DNA of 64,000 nucleotides from Candidatus Micrarchaeia archaeon (GTDB lineage Archaea > Micrarchaeota > Micrarchaeia > CABMEP01), in contig JAVZXS010000002.1 in the NCBI GenBank assembly GCA_038886535.1, positions 6,673 through 70,672 of the forward strand. Direction: 5' to 3'. Below, one piece after another: positions 28,696 through 37,999 of the stretch. The notes under the pieces were generated by a model. It was not told the DNA's origin and ran no database searches. It saw nothing but the letters and a program-made list of their open reading frames with translations. Each line of letters begins with the position of its first letter. Within the stretch, counting starts at the first letter, position 1. The position numbers and the translations under genes are program-made.

Positions 28696-29409
28696 TTATT
28701 TCGTTTTAATGATTCGCAATAATCTTCCATTAAGTCTGTTTAGATTAATTTCCAACACTCCTTTTTGTATTCCTATCGGTTTTCCTAATCCTTTTTTAAT
28801 TGCTTTTCTATAATCCTCAATAGTATCTACATTAGCAAATGTATACACGCTCCCTATCTCTCTTAGGATATGCGCATCGCTGCCACCGATTTGTGGAATT
28901 TTATTCTTTGTTGCGTATTCTATTGCCTTTCCATTTTCTTTTGCGTTACACCTTCCATTTATTGACTCTATCACATCAAGTTTTATCTTTCTTTCGGATA
29001 AAAATTGCAACATATTTTGTTTTCGAAACATACCTGAGAATGGATGGGGTATTGCAGCAATCCCATTTCTTTCATGAATCTGCTCAATTATTTCTTCAAC
29101 ATTTTCAGGAGTCTGTTCTTCTTTTTTTATTTTCAGGTCTTCGTCTAAAAAAAGAGCAAGGATCTCACCAATTTTCTTTCCTTTCTTTTCACCAAACTTT
29201 GGTTTCTTTCTTATCACTATTTCTTTTCCTGCAACAAATACAAGTCCAAGTACCTTTGCAGCCTTTTTTCCTCTTTCCCATCCAGAAGAGGTGTCATGGT
29301 CTGTTATAGCAAATCCATTCAGGCCAAGCGCCTTTGCTCTTGAAGCTATTTCTTCAGGGCTGCAGCATCCATCAGAGTATATCGAGTGAATATGAAGATC
29401 AAGTTTCAT
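28696..29409 (-). CDS. PHP-domain metal-dependent phosphoesterase
   Basis: MKLDLHIHSIYSDG, ITDHD, AIPHPF and GGSDAH motifs. Confidence 0.85.
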   Translation of the reverse strand: MKLDLHIHSIYSDGCCSPEEIASRAKALGLNGFAITDHDTSSGWERGKKAAKVLGLVFVAGKEIVIRKKPKFGEKKGKKIGEILALFLDEDLKIKKEEQTPENVEEIIEQIHERNGIAAIPHPFSGMFRKQNMLQFLSERKIKLDVIESINGRCNAKENGKAIEYATKNKIPQIGGSDAHILREIGSVYTFANVDTIEDYRKAIKKGLGKPIGIQKGVLEINLNRLNGRLLRIIKTK

Positions 29410-29461
29410 TAATAATCTATTTGTATGATAACATTTTATATCTTATTTTATAATATTTAAT

Positions 29462-29962
29462 ATGGACACTAAAAACATTGGGGATGGAAAAGTAGAGAAA
29501 TACTATCTTTCATGGGAAAAAATAGAAAAAATGTGTCAGGACATAGCGAACCAAATAGAAAGGCAGAATATAAAAATAGATAAGATAATAGCAATAAGCA
29601 GAGGAGGACTTATTCCAGGAAGAATACTCTCCAGTATTCTTAAAAATAATAATTTGTCCACTATAAGGGTTACATTTTATACAAAACCGGGCGTGGCTAA
29701 AGAGAGGCCTCACCTAGCAGAGGACCTTTCAACAGATGTTACAGACAAGAAGGTGCTTATTGTTGATGACGTTGTTGAATCTGGAAAGACGCTTTCTCTT
29801 ACATATAATTACCTTAAAGAAAGAGGAGTTAAAAAAGTGTATACCGCAGCTCTTATTGATAAAACTGTTGATGGAAAAGAAAAAATTATGTCTCCAGATT
29901 TTTATTCGGAAAAGATCGCTAATAAGTGGATCGTTTATCCTTGGGAAAAATTTGAAGAATGA
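29462..29962 (+). CDS. Purine (hypoxanthine/guanine/xanthine) phosphoribosyltransferase
   Basis: PRPP-binding motif VLIVDDVVESGKTL. AISRGGLIPGR loop. Confidence 0.8.
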   Translation: MDTKNIGDGKVEKYYLSWEKIEKMCQDIANQIERQNIKIDKIIAISRGGLIPGRILSSILKNNNLSTIRVTFYTKPGVAKERPHLAEDLSTDVTDKKVLIVDDVVESGKTLSLTYNYLKERGVKKVYTAALIDKTVDGKEKIMSPDFYSEKIANKWIVYPWEKFEE

Positions 29963-29985
29963 TAATTTTAGCAATTAACAATAAA

Positions 29986-30639
29986 TCACTCATTTTTGGG
30001 ATATCCGAATCTTCCTACTAGAGGAACAAACATAACAGGCAAAATAGCTCTTGTAGTGATGCCTCCATTTTCATTCTTTTCAACTAAAACAAGATCCTGC
30101 CAGTATCCTATGCCAACCGGAATAAGCATCTTTCCTCCTTTCTTCAATTGTTCTAATAGAGGTGGTGGGATCTGCGGGGCACCAGCAGATACAATTATTC
30201 TGTCAAAAGGTGACCTTTCCTGCAATCCTTCAGTTCCATCCTTTACAATTATCTCAACATTTTCAATTCCCAGCTGCTTTATTATCTGCTTTGCATTCTC
30301 CGCAAGTTCTTTTATTCTTTCTATAGAATATATTTTTCCATTATTTCCTACAAGCTTTGCCAATAAACACGTCTGCCATCCAGATCCAGTTCCAACCTCA
30401 AGCACAGTCATTCCTTCCTTAACATTTAATTCTTTAAGCATTATTCCAACCATGGAAGGGGCAGAGATTGTTTGTCCAAATCCAATAGGTAAAGGAAGAT
30501 CCAGATAGCTTGAATCTTTTAGCTCAGCCGGGATAAACAATTCTCTTTTAATTTCTCTCATTGCTGAAGCTATCTTTTCATCAATATAATTATTTTTAAA
30601 AAGATATTCTATCATTATGCTATTCTTGTCTTCTTTCAT
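29986..30639 (-). CDS. pcm: Protein-L-isoaspartate O-methyltransferase
   Basis: GQTISAPSMV and the SAM motif VLEVGTGSGWQTCLLA. C-terminal VPLVG. Confidence 0.9.
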   Translation of the reverse strand: MKEDKNSIMIEYLFKNNYIDEKIASAMREIKRELFIPAELKDSSYLDLPLPIGFGQTISAPSMVGIMLKELNVKEGMTVLEVGTGSGWQTCLLAKLVGNNGKIYSIERIKELAENAKQIIKQLGIENVEIIVKDGTEGLQERSPFDRIIVSAGAPQIPPPLLEQLKKGGKMLIPVGIGYWQDLVLVEKNENGGITTRAILPVMFVPLVGRFGYPKNE

Positions 30640-30762
30640 AGAATCACATAATAATAAAGATATAAATATCTTAATGTCTACTACTATATTAAAATATAAT
30701 CAAACATCATCTCAAGAATTCTAATTATATTTATTCATTTTTAGTTTTTTACAGGTGTTTTT

Positions 30763-30951
30763 ATGAAGTGTATAATAAATGGAAAATCAAATAATATAAG
30801 ATTTGAAGGAACAGTTCAGGAACTTCTAAGCAAGCTTGGAATAAGCGAGCAAATAGTGATTGTTAAGGTCAATGGGAAGATTGTCACAGAATTAGATAAA
30901 GTTTCCAATCAAGATAATGTTGAAATCCAGAAAGTAATACTTGGTGGATGA
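30763..30951 (+). CDS. ThiS/MoaD/TtuB-like ubiquitin-fold sulfur carrier
   Basis: 62 aa ending in a Gly-Gly C-terminus (VILGG*). Overlaps the downstream thiolase gene. Confidence 0.7.
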   Translation: MKCIINGKSNNIRFEGTVQELLSKLGISEQIVIVKVNGKIVTELDKVSNQDNVEIQKVILGG

Positions 30952-31915
30952 TTTAAAGGTGTTAACAGTGGTTAAATGTTCTTTCTGCAGTAAGCAGGCA
31001 GTAATCCATCTATCATATTCAAATACAAATCTATGCGAGAAGCATCTTGTTTATTCAGTGGAAAGAAGGGTGAAACGCACGATCAGGGAATATGGGATGT
31101 TGGACGGAGCCAAACATGTGGGAGTAGCGGTTTCTGGTGGAAAAGACAGCCAAGTTCTTTTGTATCTTCTAAACAAGATAGCAAAGCCAATGAGAATAAA
31201 GCTTACTGCCATACTTGTGGATGAAGGAATAGAAGGATATAGAGATAAGATCATACCAGAGGCCAAGAAGCTTGCTTCTGAGCTTGAAGTCCCTTTAGAA
31301 ATAGTGACATTCAAAGAGCTAACAGAACATACTCTAGATGAGATAATGTCGATAGAGAAAGAAAGGAGGGAGGATTCATCGTGTACATATTGCGGTGTAT
31401 TCAGGAGATACGCATTAAACCTTGCAGCAAAGAGATTAGGGGTTGATAGATTAGCTATAGGGCATAATCTTGACGATATGGTTCAGAGCTATCTAATGAA
31501 TATATTAAGAAATGAGGGTTTGCTTTTTAGATTCAAGCCTATGGGTGGCGCAATAGAAGATGAGAGATTTGTTATGAGGATAAGGCCTCTTTTCAAGATT
31601 CCAGAGAAAGAGATAGCAGTCTATGCTGTTGTAAAGGGTTTCAAGTCTGTATTTGTGGAGTGTCCTTATGTCAATGAAGGCCTAAGGCCTTTGGTGCGTG
31701 ATTTCATCAATTTAGCTGAATCTAGATATCCAGGAACAAAGTTTAAGATTCTTCAAAATTATTTAGAGACAAGCAGTGTGATTTCAGACAAATTCGATTC
31801 TAGTAGAAAAGAAAAGAAAATAAACAGCTGCTCAATTTGTGGAGAACCAACTTCAGGTTCAATATGCAAAGCATGCAGCCTTTTGGAAAAATTGAAAAGA
31901 GAGAAGCGAGTGTAA
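30941..31915 (+). CDS. tRNA 2-thiolation PP-loop ATPase (TtuA/Ncs6 family)
   Basis: N-terminal CSFC...C..H zinc finger. PP-loop VAVSGGKDSQVLLYLL. GHNLDD. C-terminal CSICGEPTSGSICKAC. The start codon is uncertain (TTG/GTG cluster at 30941-30968). Confidence 0.85.
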   Translation: MVDDLKVLTVVKCSFCSKQAVIHLSYSNTNLCEKHLVYSVERRVKRTIREYGMLDGAKHVGVAVSGGKDSQVLLYLLNKIAKPMRIKLTAILVDEGIEGYRDKIIPEAKKLASELEVPLEIVTFKELTEHTLDEIMSIEKERREDSSCTYCGVFRRYALNLAAKRLGVDRLAIGHNLDDMVQSYLMNILRNEGLLFRFKPMGGAIEDERFVMRIRPLFKIPEKEIAVYAVVKGFKSVFVECPYVNEGLRPLVRDFINLAESRYPGTKFKILQNYLETSSVISDKFDSSRKEKKINSCSICGEPTSGSICKACSLLEKLKREKRV

Positions 31916-31930
31916 AATATTAGAAAAATA

Positions 31931-32683
31931 CTAGATTTTGTTTATAGAATTGATTATATCTATAATTTGAGTTAAATCCTCAATCATATAATCTGCTTTT
32001 GGACCTTTCGCCTCATCGCTGTTGCATTTTCTATTAAGATATACTGTAATAAGGCCAGCATCTTTTGATGGCTCAATATCATTCGAATAGCTGTCGCCAA
32101 CCATTATTATTTCTTTTACATCCCTGCCTAATTTTGAAGCTATCCATAGGAAATATTCTTTTGTTTTTATATCTATACTTTGGCATAATTTGTTCTCTTG
32201 AATATACTGCTCAGTTACAAATATTTCATCTATAAGCATGTTTAAATTCGTCCAATTTATTTTATCTATTTGTTTATGTGTGATTCCTGCTGTAGCTATT
32301 CCAATACAAAGTCCTTTTTTCTTAAGAGAAGTCAGAGTTTCTATCACCTCGTTGTACAGGAAAGCGAAATATGCATATTTTGTTTTATGATGCGCACTTA
32401 TTCCTGCTGTCGCTATCCTATCAATCTTTAGCTGGTCATTTATTCCCAAGTTTTTGCAAACTATCATTGCGGTTTCATCAATAAGCTTCCCATAATTAGA
32501 TCCTTTTTCTTTTCTTATCTTTTCCATTGTTTCCTCAAGCACTTTTCTTGACAACTTTATTCTGAACTTTTCAGTTGCCTCTGACTGCATTCCAATTATC
32601 ACTGCTCTTTTTGAAAGCTCCTTGTATTCATTTGTATTCAAAATTGTATTATCCCAGTCAAACAAAACAGTTGTTATTGCCAT
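31931..32683 (-). CDS. HAD-superfamily hydrolase
   Basis: Motif I is VLFDWDNT. Motif IV is MVGDSYSNDI. The ATG at 32683 is preferred to the one at 32698. Confidence 0.7.
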   Translation of the reverse strand: MAITTVLFDWDNTILNTNEYKELSKRAVIIGMQSEATEKFRIKLSRKVLEETMEKIRKEKGSNYGKLIDETAMIVCKNLGINDQLKIDRIATAGISAHHKTKYAYFAFLYNEVIETLTSLKKKGLCIGIATAGITHKQIDKINWTNLNMLIDEIFVTEQYIQENKLCQSIDIKTKEYFLWIASKLGRDVKEIIMVGDSYSNDIEPSKDAGLITVYLNRKCNSDEAKGPKADYMIEDLTQIIDIINSINKI

Positions 32684-32758
32684 GAAATAAAGACACAAGA
32701 CAAATATAAATACATTTCGCCTATATTATTTTTAGATTTAATATATGGTGGTGTAGTT

Positions 32759-33424
32759 ATGAAAGAAAAAAGAATGATAAAAGCAATAATCTTTGATATG
32801 GATAACACTCTTTTAGAGCTGAATGTTGATTGGTATAAACTTACAAATGATATAGATTATGAATACTTCCAGGGAAGGTATTCGCACTTAACCCCGCATA
32901 AATTTTTTGTTGCTTTTTTCTCAAAGCTTTTAGATAAGCTTACAAGCAGGCAGAAGAAAGAAATTAGAGAAAAGAGATTAGAGAAAGAGATGGAAGGACT
33001 GGCAACAGGCACATGTTTCCCTTACAGAGGAATCTTGAAATCTTTAAGCAAGAAATACAAGCTTGGTGTTGTGTCTGGAAATTATCGCCAAACAGTAATA
33101 AAAGCATTGCAAAAGTGTGGATTTAGAAAATACATTAAAGCAATAGTATCTATAGATGATGTTCCAGAATCAAAGCCATCTCCTCTTCCTTTGCAAAAGG
33201 CACTTAAAATGTTAAGGGTTAAGCCAGAGGAAGCAGTTTATGTGGGAGATCACCCAGATGACATAAAGGCAGCTAGGAATGCAGGAATGCATTCAATAGG
33301 CGTGCTTACATACAAGAGAAAATACGATCAACTTCAGAAAGAAAATCCAGAATTAATAATCAAAAACTTATTTGAGCTTGAAGGCGCGATTGATCAATTA
33401 GAACATAAAATGCGAATGAACTGA
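32759..33424 (+). CDS. HAD-superfamily phosphatase (phosphoglycolate phosphatase-like)
   Basis: IIFDMDNTL, VVSGN and YVGDHPDDIKAARNAG motifs. Confidence 0.75.
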   Translation: MKEKRMIKAIIFDMDNTLLELNVDWYKLTNDIDYEYFQGRYSHLTPHKFFVAFFSKLLDKLTSRQKKEIREKRLEKEMEGLATGTCFPYRGILKSLSKKYKLGVVSGNYRQTVIKALQKCGFRKYIKAIVSIDDVPESKPSPLPLQKALKMLRVKPEEAVYVGDHPDDIKAARNAGMHSIGVLTYKRKYDQLQKENPELIIKNLFELEGAIDQLEHKMRMN

Positions 33425-33488
33425 AAGTGAATAATGTTTAATTGTCTCTCAAATAGATGAATTTTAAATTTATTGCTTATATTTTATT

Positions 33489-34181
33489 ATGGCAGAATCT
33501 AAAAAGATACAAATTGGAATTTCTGGAATAGATGACATGCTTAATGGCGGAATACCTAAAAGGCATCATGTGCTTGTTTCAGGTGGTCCTGGAAGCGGAA
33601 AAACATTATTCTGCTTTGAATACCTTTACAGGGGTGCAAAGAAAGGTGAGAAAGGTCTTTTTATTACCTTAGAAGAGGATCCAGAATTAATAGTTGAAAA
33701 CGTAAAGGGCGCATTTTCAGGATTGAAGGATATAGATTCAATGATAAATAAGGATATATTTATCATCAAACCTGCAATGTATGACTTCAAAAACTTTTCA
33801 GACATCCTCCAGTCGTATGTGGTTCACCATGGAGTTAAAAGAGTGGTCATAGATTCATCTACTTTACTCAGATTCAGCTTTGAAGAGGTTTTAGAGTTTA
33901 GGAAGAAACTTATTGAATTCCTTAGTTTCTTAAGAAATCTGGATTGCACTGCATTGATTACTTCAGAGCTAGAGAATCCAGTAAGAAACAAAATGAAGTT
34001 CAAAATAGAGCATTTTGCAGCAGATGGAATTATAGTTCTTTACAACATGCCAAGAAAGGAAAAAAGAATAAGGGCTTTAGAAATAATAAAAATGAGAGGA
34101 ACAGACCATTCAAGAGATTTAGTCCCAATGAAGATCACATCCCAAGGAATAACTGTATTTCCGGGTGAAAAGATCTATTGA
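33489..34181 (+). CDS. KaiC/RecA-superfamily ATPase (single-domain KaiC-like)
   Basis: GISGIDDMLNGGIP, Walker A GGPGSGKT, Walker B RVVIDS, and LEIIKMRGTDH. Confidence 0.8.
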   Translation: MAESKKIQIGISGIDDMLNGGIPKRHHVLVSGGPGSGKTLFCFEYLYRGAKKGEKGLFITLEEDPELIVENVKGAFSGLKDIDSMINKDIFIIKPAMYDFKNFSDILQSYVVHHGVKRVVIDSSTLLRFSFEEVLEFRKKLIEFLSFLRNLDCTALITSELENPVRNKMKFKIEHFAADGIIVLYNMPRKEKRIRALEIIKMRGTDHSRDLVPMKITSQGITVFPGEKIY

Positions 34182-34228
34182 TTGATGATAATATAGAGAT
34201 TTAATAAGAGAGTTAAGATAGTGGTTCA

Positions 34229-35038
34229 ATGAGAATCGATAATGAATATGTTTCATTTATTTTCGATCTTGAACAAGATATAGATTTAAGCAAGCTTTCA
34301 AAAAGCAAGAACTTTCTTTCGCTTCCAAATGAATCTAACTTTTTGTTTTCTGTTATTGAAAACAAGATATTTTTCATTGTTTTTAAAAGCGGAAAAGTGA
34401 GGATCACCTATCCAAACGGTGATGTAGAATCTCTTCAGAAAAATATTTCAGAGTTTGCACCAAAGATAAGTGAATTATTCAACGAAGTTAAAGAGAAGGC
34501 TAAGATAAAGGCAAACATATCCTCAGTTATTTCAAAAGGAAGATTGGAAAGCGAAAAAGATGGCTTTGAGATAAGAAAAGATATCTGCGAGAAGGATTGT
34601 TCGATTCCAGTAGGGCTTTTTTTCGATTTGGCTTTTCTTTCTCCAATGCAGTTGTTCGGTCAATACAACCATGAAAGATTGCTAACCTTTTCAGGAGAAA
34701 AATTCGGTAGAAAGATATCTGCTAAGAATAAGCAACATTTAGAGAAAGAAATAAAGAAGTTTATTGAACAGAATAATTTAGGGTTAGTTGAAATAATCAA
34801 ACCGAAGGAGGATGAAATAGGAGCCATGCCTTTTTCTTCCTTCAGAGTATATAAAAGCAAGTTTGTGTATGGATTGCCGCCAACTGGAAGGGCAGAATGT
34901 TATTTCATACAAGCTCTGATAAGGGGCGCATTTGCAGCATATCTTAAGCAGGAAAATATTAATGTGATTGAAACTAAATGTTGGAGAAAAGGAGATGTTT
35001 ATTGCGAATTCAATGTTTACCTGTTAAAACATTCATGA
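34229..35038 (+). CDS. V4R-domain protein with an unassigned N-terminal domain
   Basis: C-terminus ECYFIQALIRGAFAAYL...VIETKCWRKGDVYCEFNV matches the V4R pattern C..G..G...E..C...G...C.F. The N-terminal FFIVFKSGKVRIT weakly recalls a TBP-fold strand motif. Confidence 0.55.
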   Translation: MRIDNEYVSFIFDLEQDIDLSKLSKSKNFLSLPNESNFLFSVIENKIFFIVFKSGKVRITYPNGDVESLQKNISEFAPKISELFNEVKEKAKIKANISSVISKGRLESEKDGFEIRKDICEKDCSIPVGLFFDLAFLSPMQLFGQYNHERLLTFSGEKFGRKISAKNKQHLEKEIKKFIEQNNLGLVEIIKPKEDEIGAMPFSSFRVYKSKFVYGLPPTGRAECYFIQALIRGAFAAYLKQENINVIETKCWRKGDVYCEFNVYLLKHS

Positions 35039-35133
35039 TTAGTATTTATATTACGAATTTATAGGTATAGATATTTTTATTAATTAGATGTATTAATATT
35101 TTTATTAATATTCTAAAAATATATTCTAATGAT

Positions 35134-35157
35134 CAATAAAAAGTACAATAAAAAGTA
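35134..35157. repeat. Perfect 12-nt tandem repeat, CAATAAAAAGTA x2, 7 nt upstream of the 35164 start codon
   Basis: Read directly. The same spacer also holds a 14-nt dispersed repeat, ATATTTTTATTAAT, at 35071-35084 and 35096-35109. Confidence 0.9.
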
Positions 35158-35163
35158 GGTTTT

Positions 35164-35853
35164 ATGAAATCTCAAAAGGATAAAATAGGAATAGATTTTA
35201 TAGATAATCTAATGCAAGGAGGACTTCCATCAAAGACAGCTCTGCTAATAGAAGGCACATCTGGAATTGGTCAGAATGTCATGCTTTATCAATTCATTTA
35301 TGAAGGAATAAAGAATAACGAAAAATGCATCTATCTATTTTCAGGGCATATGATAGATGAGATATTGGATGAGTTTGAGTCTTATGGAATAGAGGTAAAG
35401 GAAAAAGATATTGTTTGGATTGATGCCTCTTCTTCAAATGAAAATGCAATTCAATGCGATTTATCAGAACTTTACACTGTTTCTTCAGCTATTAAAAATG
35501 TGTTATCAAGCAGAAAGAAAAACGAAAAGATAAGATTTGCTACTGATGCAGTATCTCCCATGCTGATGGCAAATAATCCAGCAGAGGTTTACAAGTTTCT
35601 TTCATCTCTTATAACAGAGCTGAAGAAAGCAGATGCACTGTCAATGTTTATAATCGAGGATGCAATGCACGAACCACAGGTAACTGCATCTATAGAGCAA
35701 CTTTGCGACGGAGTTATTGAATTAAAGGCAATTGAAAGAGATTTGGAAATCGAAACAGTAATGAAGATAAAGAAGATGAAGAATATTCCTCCATTTCAAA
35801 AGTATTTCAAATATAAAGTTACAGAAGAAGGTATAATAGAAAAGAGGGAATAA
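35164..35853 (+). CDS. KaiC/RecA-like protein with a degenerate P-loop (probable pseudo-ATPase)
   Basis: Same fold signature as the first KaiC-like protein (IGIDFIDNLMQGGLP...). Walker A reads GTSGIGQN, with Lys-Thr replaced by Gln-Asn. Confidence 0.65.
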   Translation: MKSQKDKIGIDFIDNLMQGGLPSKTALLIEGTSGIGQNVMLYQFIYEGIKNNEKCIYLFSGHMIDEILDEFESYGIEVKEKDIVWIDASSSNENAIQCDLSELYTVSSAIKNVLSSRKKNEKIRFATDAVSPMLMANNPAEVYKFLSSLITELKKADALSMFIIEDAMHEPQVTASIEQLCDGVIELKAIERDLEIETVMKIKKMKNIPPFQKYFKYKVTEEGIIEKRE

Positions 35854-35854
35854 C

Positions 35855-36613
35855 ATGTCTGAATTTACAAGCGAATCAAACTTAACAAACATAATTGCAG
35901 AGATCGCAGGATTGTCAGCTCCATTCTATTTAATAATTGCATTGTCTCTGCCAATCATAGCCGCCTTACTAGTATATAGATACTTAATAACTAATAAGAT
36001 AGTTGTTGACAAATTAGCAAAGAAAAGACTCTTTGCCTCTATGCTTACTGCAGTGTTTTCAATCTTATTCACTGAGATAGATGCAATAGGATCACTGACT
36101 GGATTGGAATTCGGACAATATGTTCTGATAAGAAGATATGTGGGTGCAGTTGCAATATACGGAGTTTATCTTTTGTTCTGTTCGCTAATTGAATCTGCTT
36201 TGAAATATGATTACACCCATAACAGAAAGAGGCTAGTGCAGGACGGACATATGGGAAGAATATCCAGCTTCCTTCTCATAGCCATACTGATTATTTCTCC
36301 ATTTATTGGGGATAAGCAGCTTTCAGATTTCTTTACATTCATGATAGCAGTACTCTTGCTTTTAATTATGATAATCGCACTAAAAGTTTTGAAAGATACT
36401 GAAAAGGGAATAAAAGACAAAACAACAAGAAAATTCACTGTATGGTCTTGCTATCAGGTAGTTTTCATGAGCATAGGCGCATTTTTCAATACAGTTGCAA
36501 TATTGGCAAGCCTTCCACCTGCAGCAAACCTGATAAGAATACCGATGTCAATCCTAGTTGCATATGCAGCTTATAAGGTTTCAAAGAATTTAATAAAAGT
36601 AGAAGAAGAGTAA
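35855..36613 (+). CDS. Polytopic membrane protein (~7 TM), unknown family
   Basis: Hydrophobic helices throughout. The start lies 1 nt after the previous stop (coupled). Confidence 0.6.
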   Translation: MSEFTSESNLTNIIAEIAGLSAPFYLIIALSLPIIAALLVYRYLITNKIVVDKLAKKRLFASMLTAVFSILFTEIDAIGSLTGLEFGQYVLIRRYVGAVAIYGVYLLFCSLIESALKYDYTHNRKRLVQDGHMGRISSFLLIAILIISPFIGDKQLSDFFTFMIAVLLLLIMIIALKVLKDTEKGIKDKTTRKFTVWSCYQVVFMSIGAFFNTVAILASLPPAANLIRIPMSILVAYAAYKVSKNLIKVEEE

Positions 36614-36625
36614 TAAGGTGATCTT

Positions 36626-37852
36626 ATGGATTCAAATCTTCCAAAAAGAAGAGAGACATTTCAGGTAAAGGTCGGAGACATAACTATTGGCAGCCAGCAT
36701 CCAATCGTAGTCCAGTCAATGACAAATACCAATACAGCTGATGTTGATTCAACTGTAAAACAGATAATAGAACTTCATAAAGCAGGATCAGAAATGGTAA
36801 GATTCACAGTAAAAGATGATGAAATGGCAAAGGCAGTTCCAGAGATAAAGAAAAAACTTATTGATCAGGGGTACACTCTTCCTCTAATAGGGGATTTTCA
36901 TTTCAACGGAGACATCCTTCTTTCAAAATATCCAAAGATGGCAGAGTCTCTTGACAAATGGAGGGTCAATCCAGGAAATGCAGGAAGCGATGAAAGATTT
37001 AGAAATATCATAAAGCTTGCAATAGATTACAACAAGCCTATAAGAATAGGCGTAAACGGAGGTTCATTGGATCAAAAACTTCTTGCAAGGATGATAGAGA
37101 AGGATTTGAAGAAACCAAAAGAAAAGCAGCTTGGTTCCCACAGGGTTTTTCTTGATGCAATGATAAAGAGTGCATTAACATCTGCAGAATCTGCAATAGA
37201 GGCAGGAATGCCAGAGAATGCAATTATATTATCAGCTAAGGTATCGAATGTGAGAGATCTCATTTATGTTTATTCTAATCTTGCAAAGAAATGCAAGTTC
37301 CCCCTTCATCTAGGGCTGACAGAGGCTGGAGGGGGATCAAAGGGAATAGTTGCATCAGCACAAGGAATAGGGATTCTTTTGAATCAGGGAATCGGGGATA
37401 CGATTCGTGTTTCTATCACTCCAAGGCCAGGGCAAAGTAGGACTGAGGAAGTGATTGTTGCCCAAGAAATACTTCAAACTCTTGGTCTCAGGGCGTTCTT
37501 CCCGATGGTTACGAGCTGTCCGGGTTGTGGAAGAACAACGAGCACTGTTTTTCAAACCATAGCAGAGGAGATAAGCAAGTATCTTCAGCAGCAGTCTCAT
37601 GTTTGGAGGGCGCAGGGATACAAGGGATTTGAAAACATGAAGGTTGCAGTCATGGGGTGCATTGTCAATGGTCCGGGCGAGTCAAGAGAGGCAAACATAG
37701 GACTAAGCCTGCCAGGATCTGGAGAAACCCCATCAGCTCCTGTGTTTGCAGATGGAAAACAGATTGCAACCCTGACCGGAGATGCAAGATCCATCTCAGA
37801 GCAGTATAAGAAATTGATAGAGGATTATGTGAAGACGCATTATAGAATTTGA
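36626..37852 (+). CDS. ispG: 4-hydroxy-3-methylbut-2-en-1-yl diphosphate synthase IspG (GcpE)
   Basis: VQSMTNTNTADVDSTVKQI, RVNPGN and GLTEAGG. 4Fe-4S ligands SCPGCGRT and GCIVNGPGE. Confidence 0.9.
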   Translation: MDSNLPKRRETFQVKVGDITIGSQHPIVVQSMTNTNTADVDSTVKQIIELHKAGSEMVRFTVKDDEMAKAVPEIKKKLIDQGYTLPLIGDFHFNGDILLSKYPKMAESLDKWRVNPGNAGSDERFRNIIKLAIDYNKPIRIGVNGGSLDQKLLARMIEKDLKKPKEKQLGSHRVFLDAMIKSALTSAESAIEAGMPENAIILSAKVSNVRDLIYVYSNLAKKCKFPLHLGLTEAGGGSKGIVASAQGIGILLNQGIGDTIRVSITPRPGQSRTEEVIVAQEILQTLGLRAFFPMVTSCPGCGRTTSTVFQTIAEEISKYLQQQSHVWRAQGYKGFENMKVAVMGCIVNGPGESREANIGLSLPGSGETPSAPVFADGKQIATLTGDARSISEQYKKLIEDYVKTHYRI

Positions 37853-37905
37853 TTTCCTGGATTTTATTAAACAGCATATTTATAAATATATACTATAATT
37901 ATCAT

Positions 37906-37979
37906 ATAAGCGACATTGTTGATATTATTGGTAAAAGTATAGTAATTATACTATTACCTTATCAATTTTAGTCGCTTAT
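37906..37979 (+). promoter_or_regulatory. 74-nt imperfect hairpin in the leader of the S-layer-like gene
   Basis: Paired segments ATAAGCGAC/GTCGCTTAT, TTGATA/TATCAA, GGTAA/TTACC and AGTATA/TATACT around the loop GTAAT. A TATA-like TTTATAAATATATA lies about 20 nt upstream. The SD GGGTGA and the ATG at 38000 follow. Confidence 0.5.
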
Positions 37980-37999
37980 TTTATATTTGGGTGAATCTA

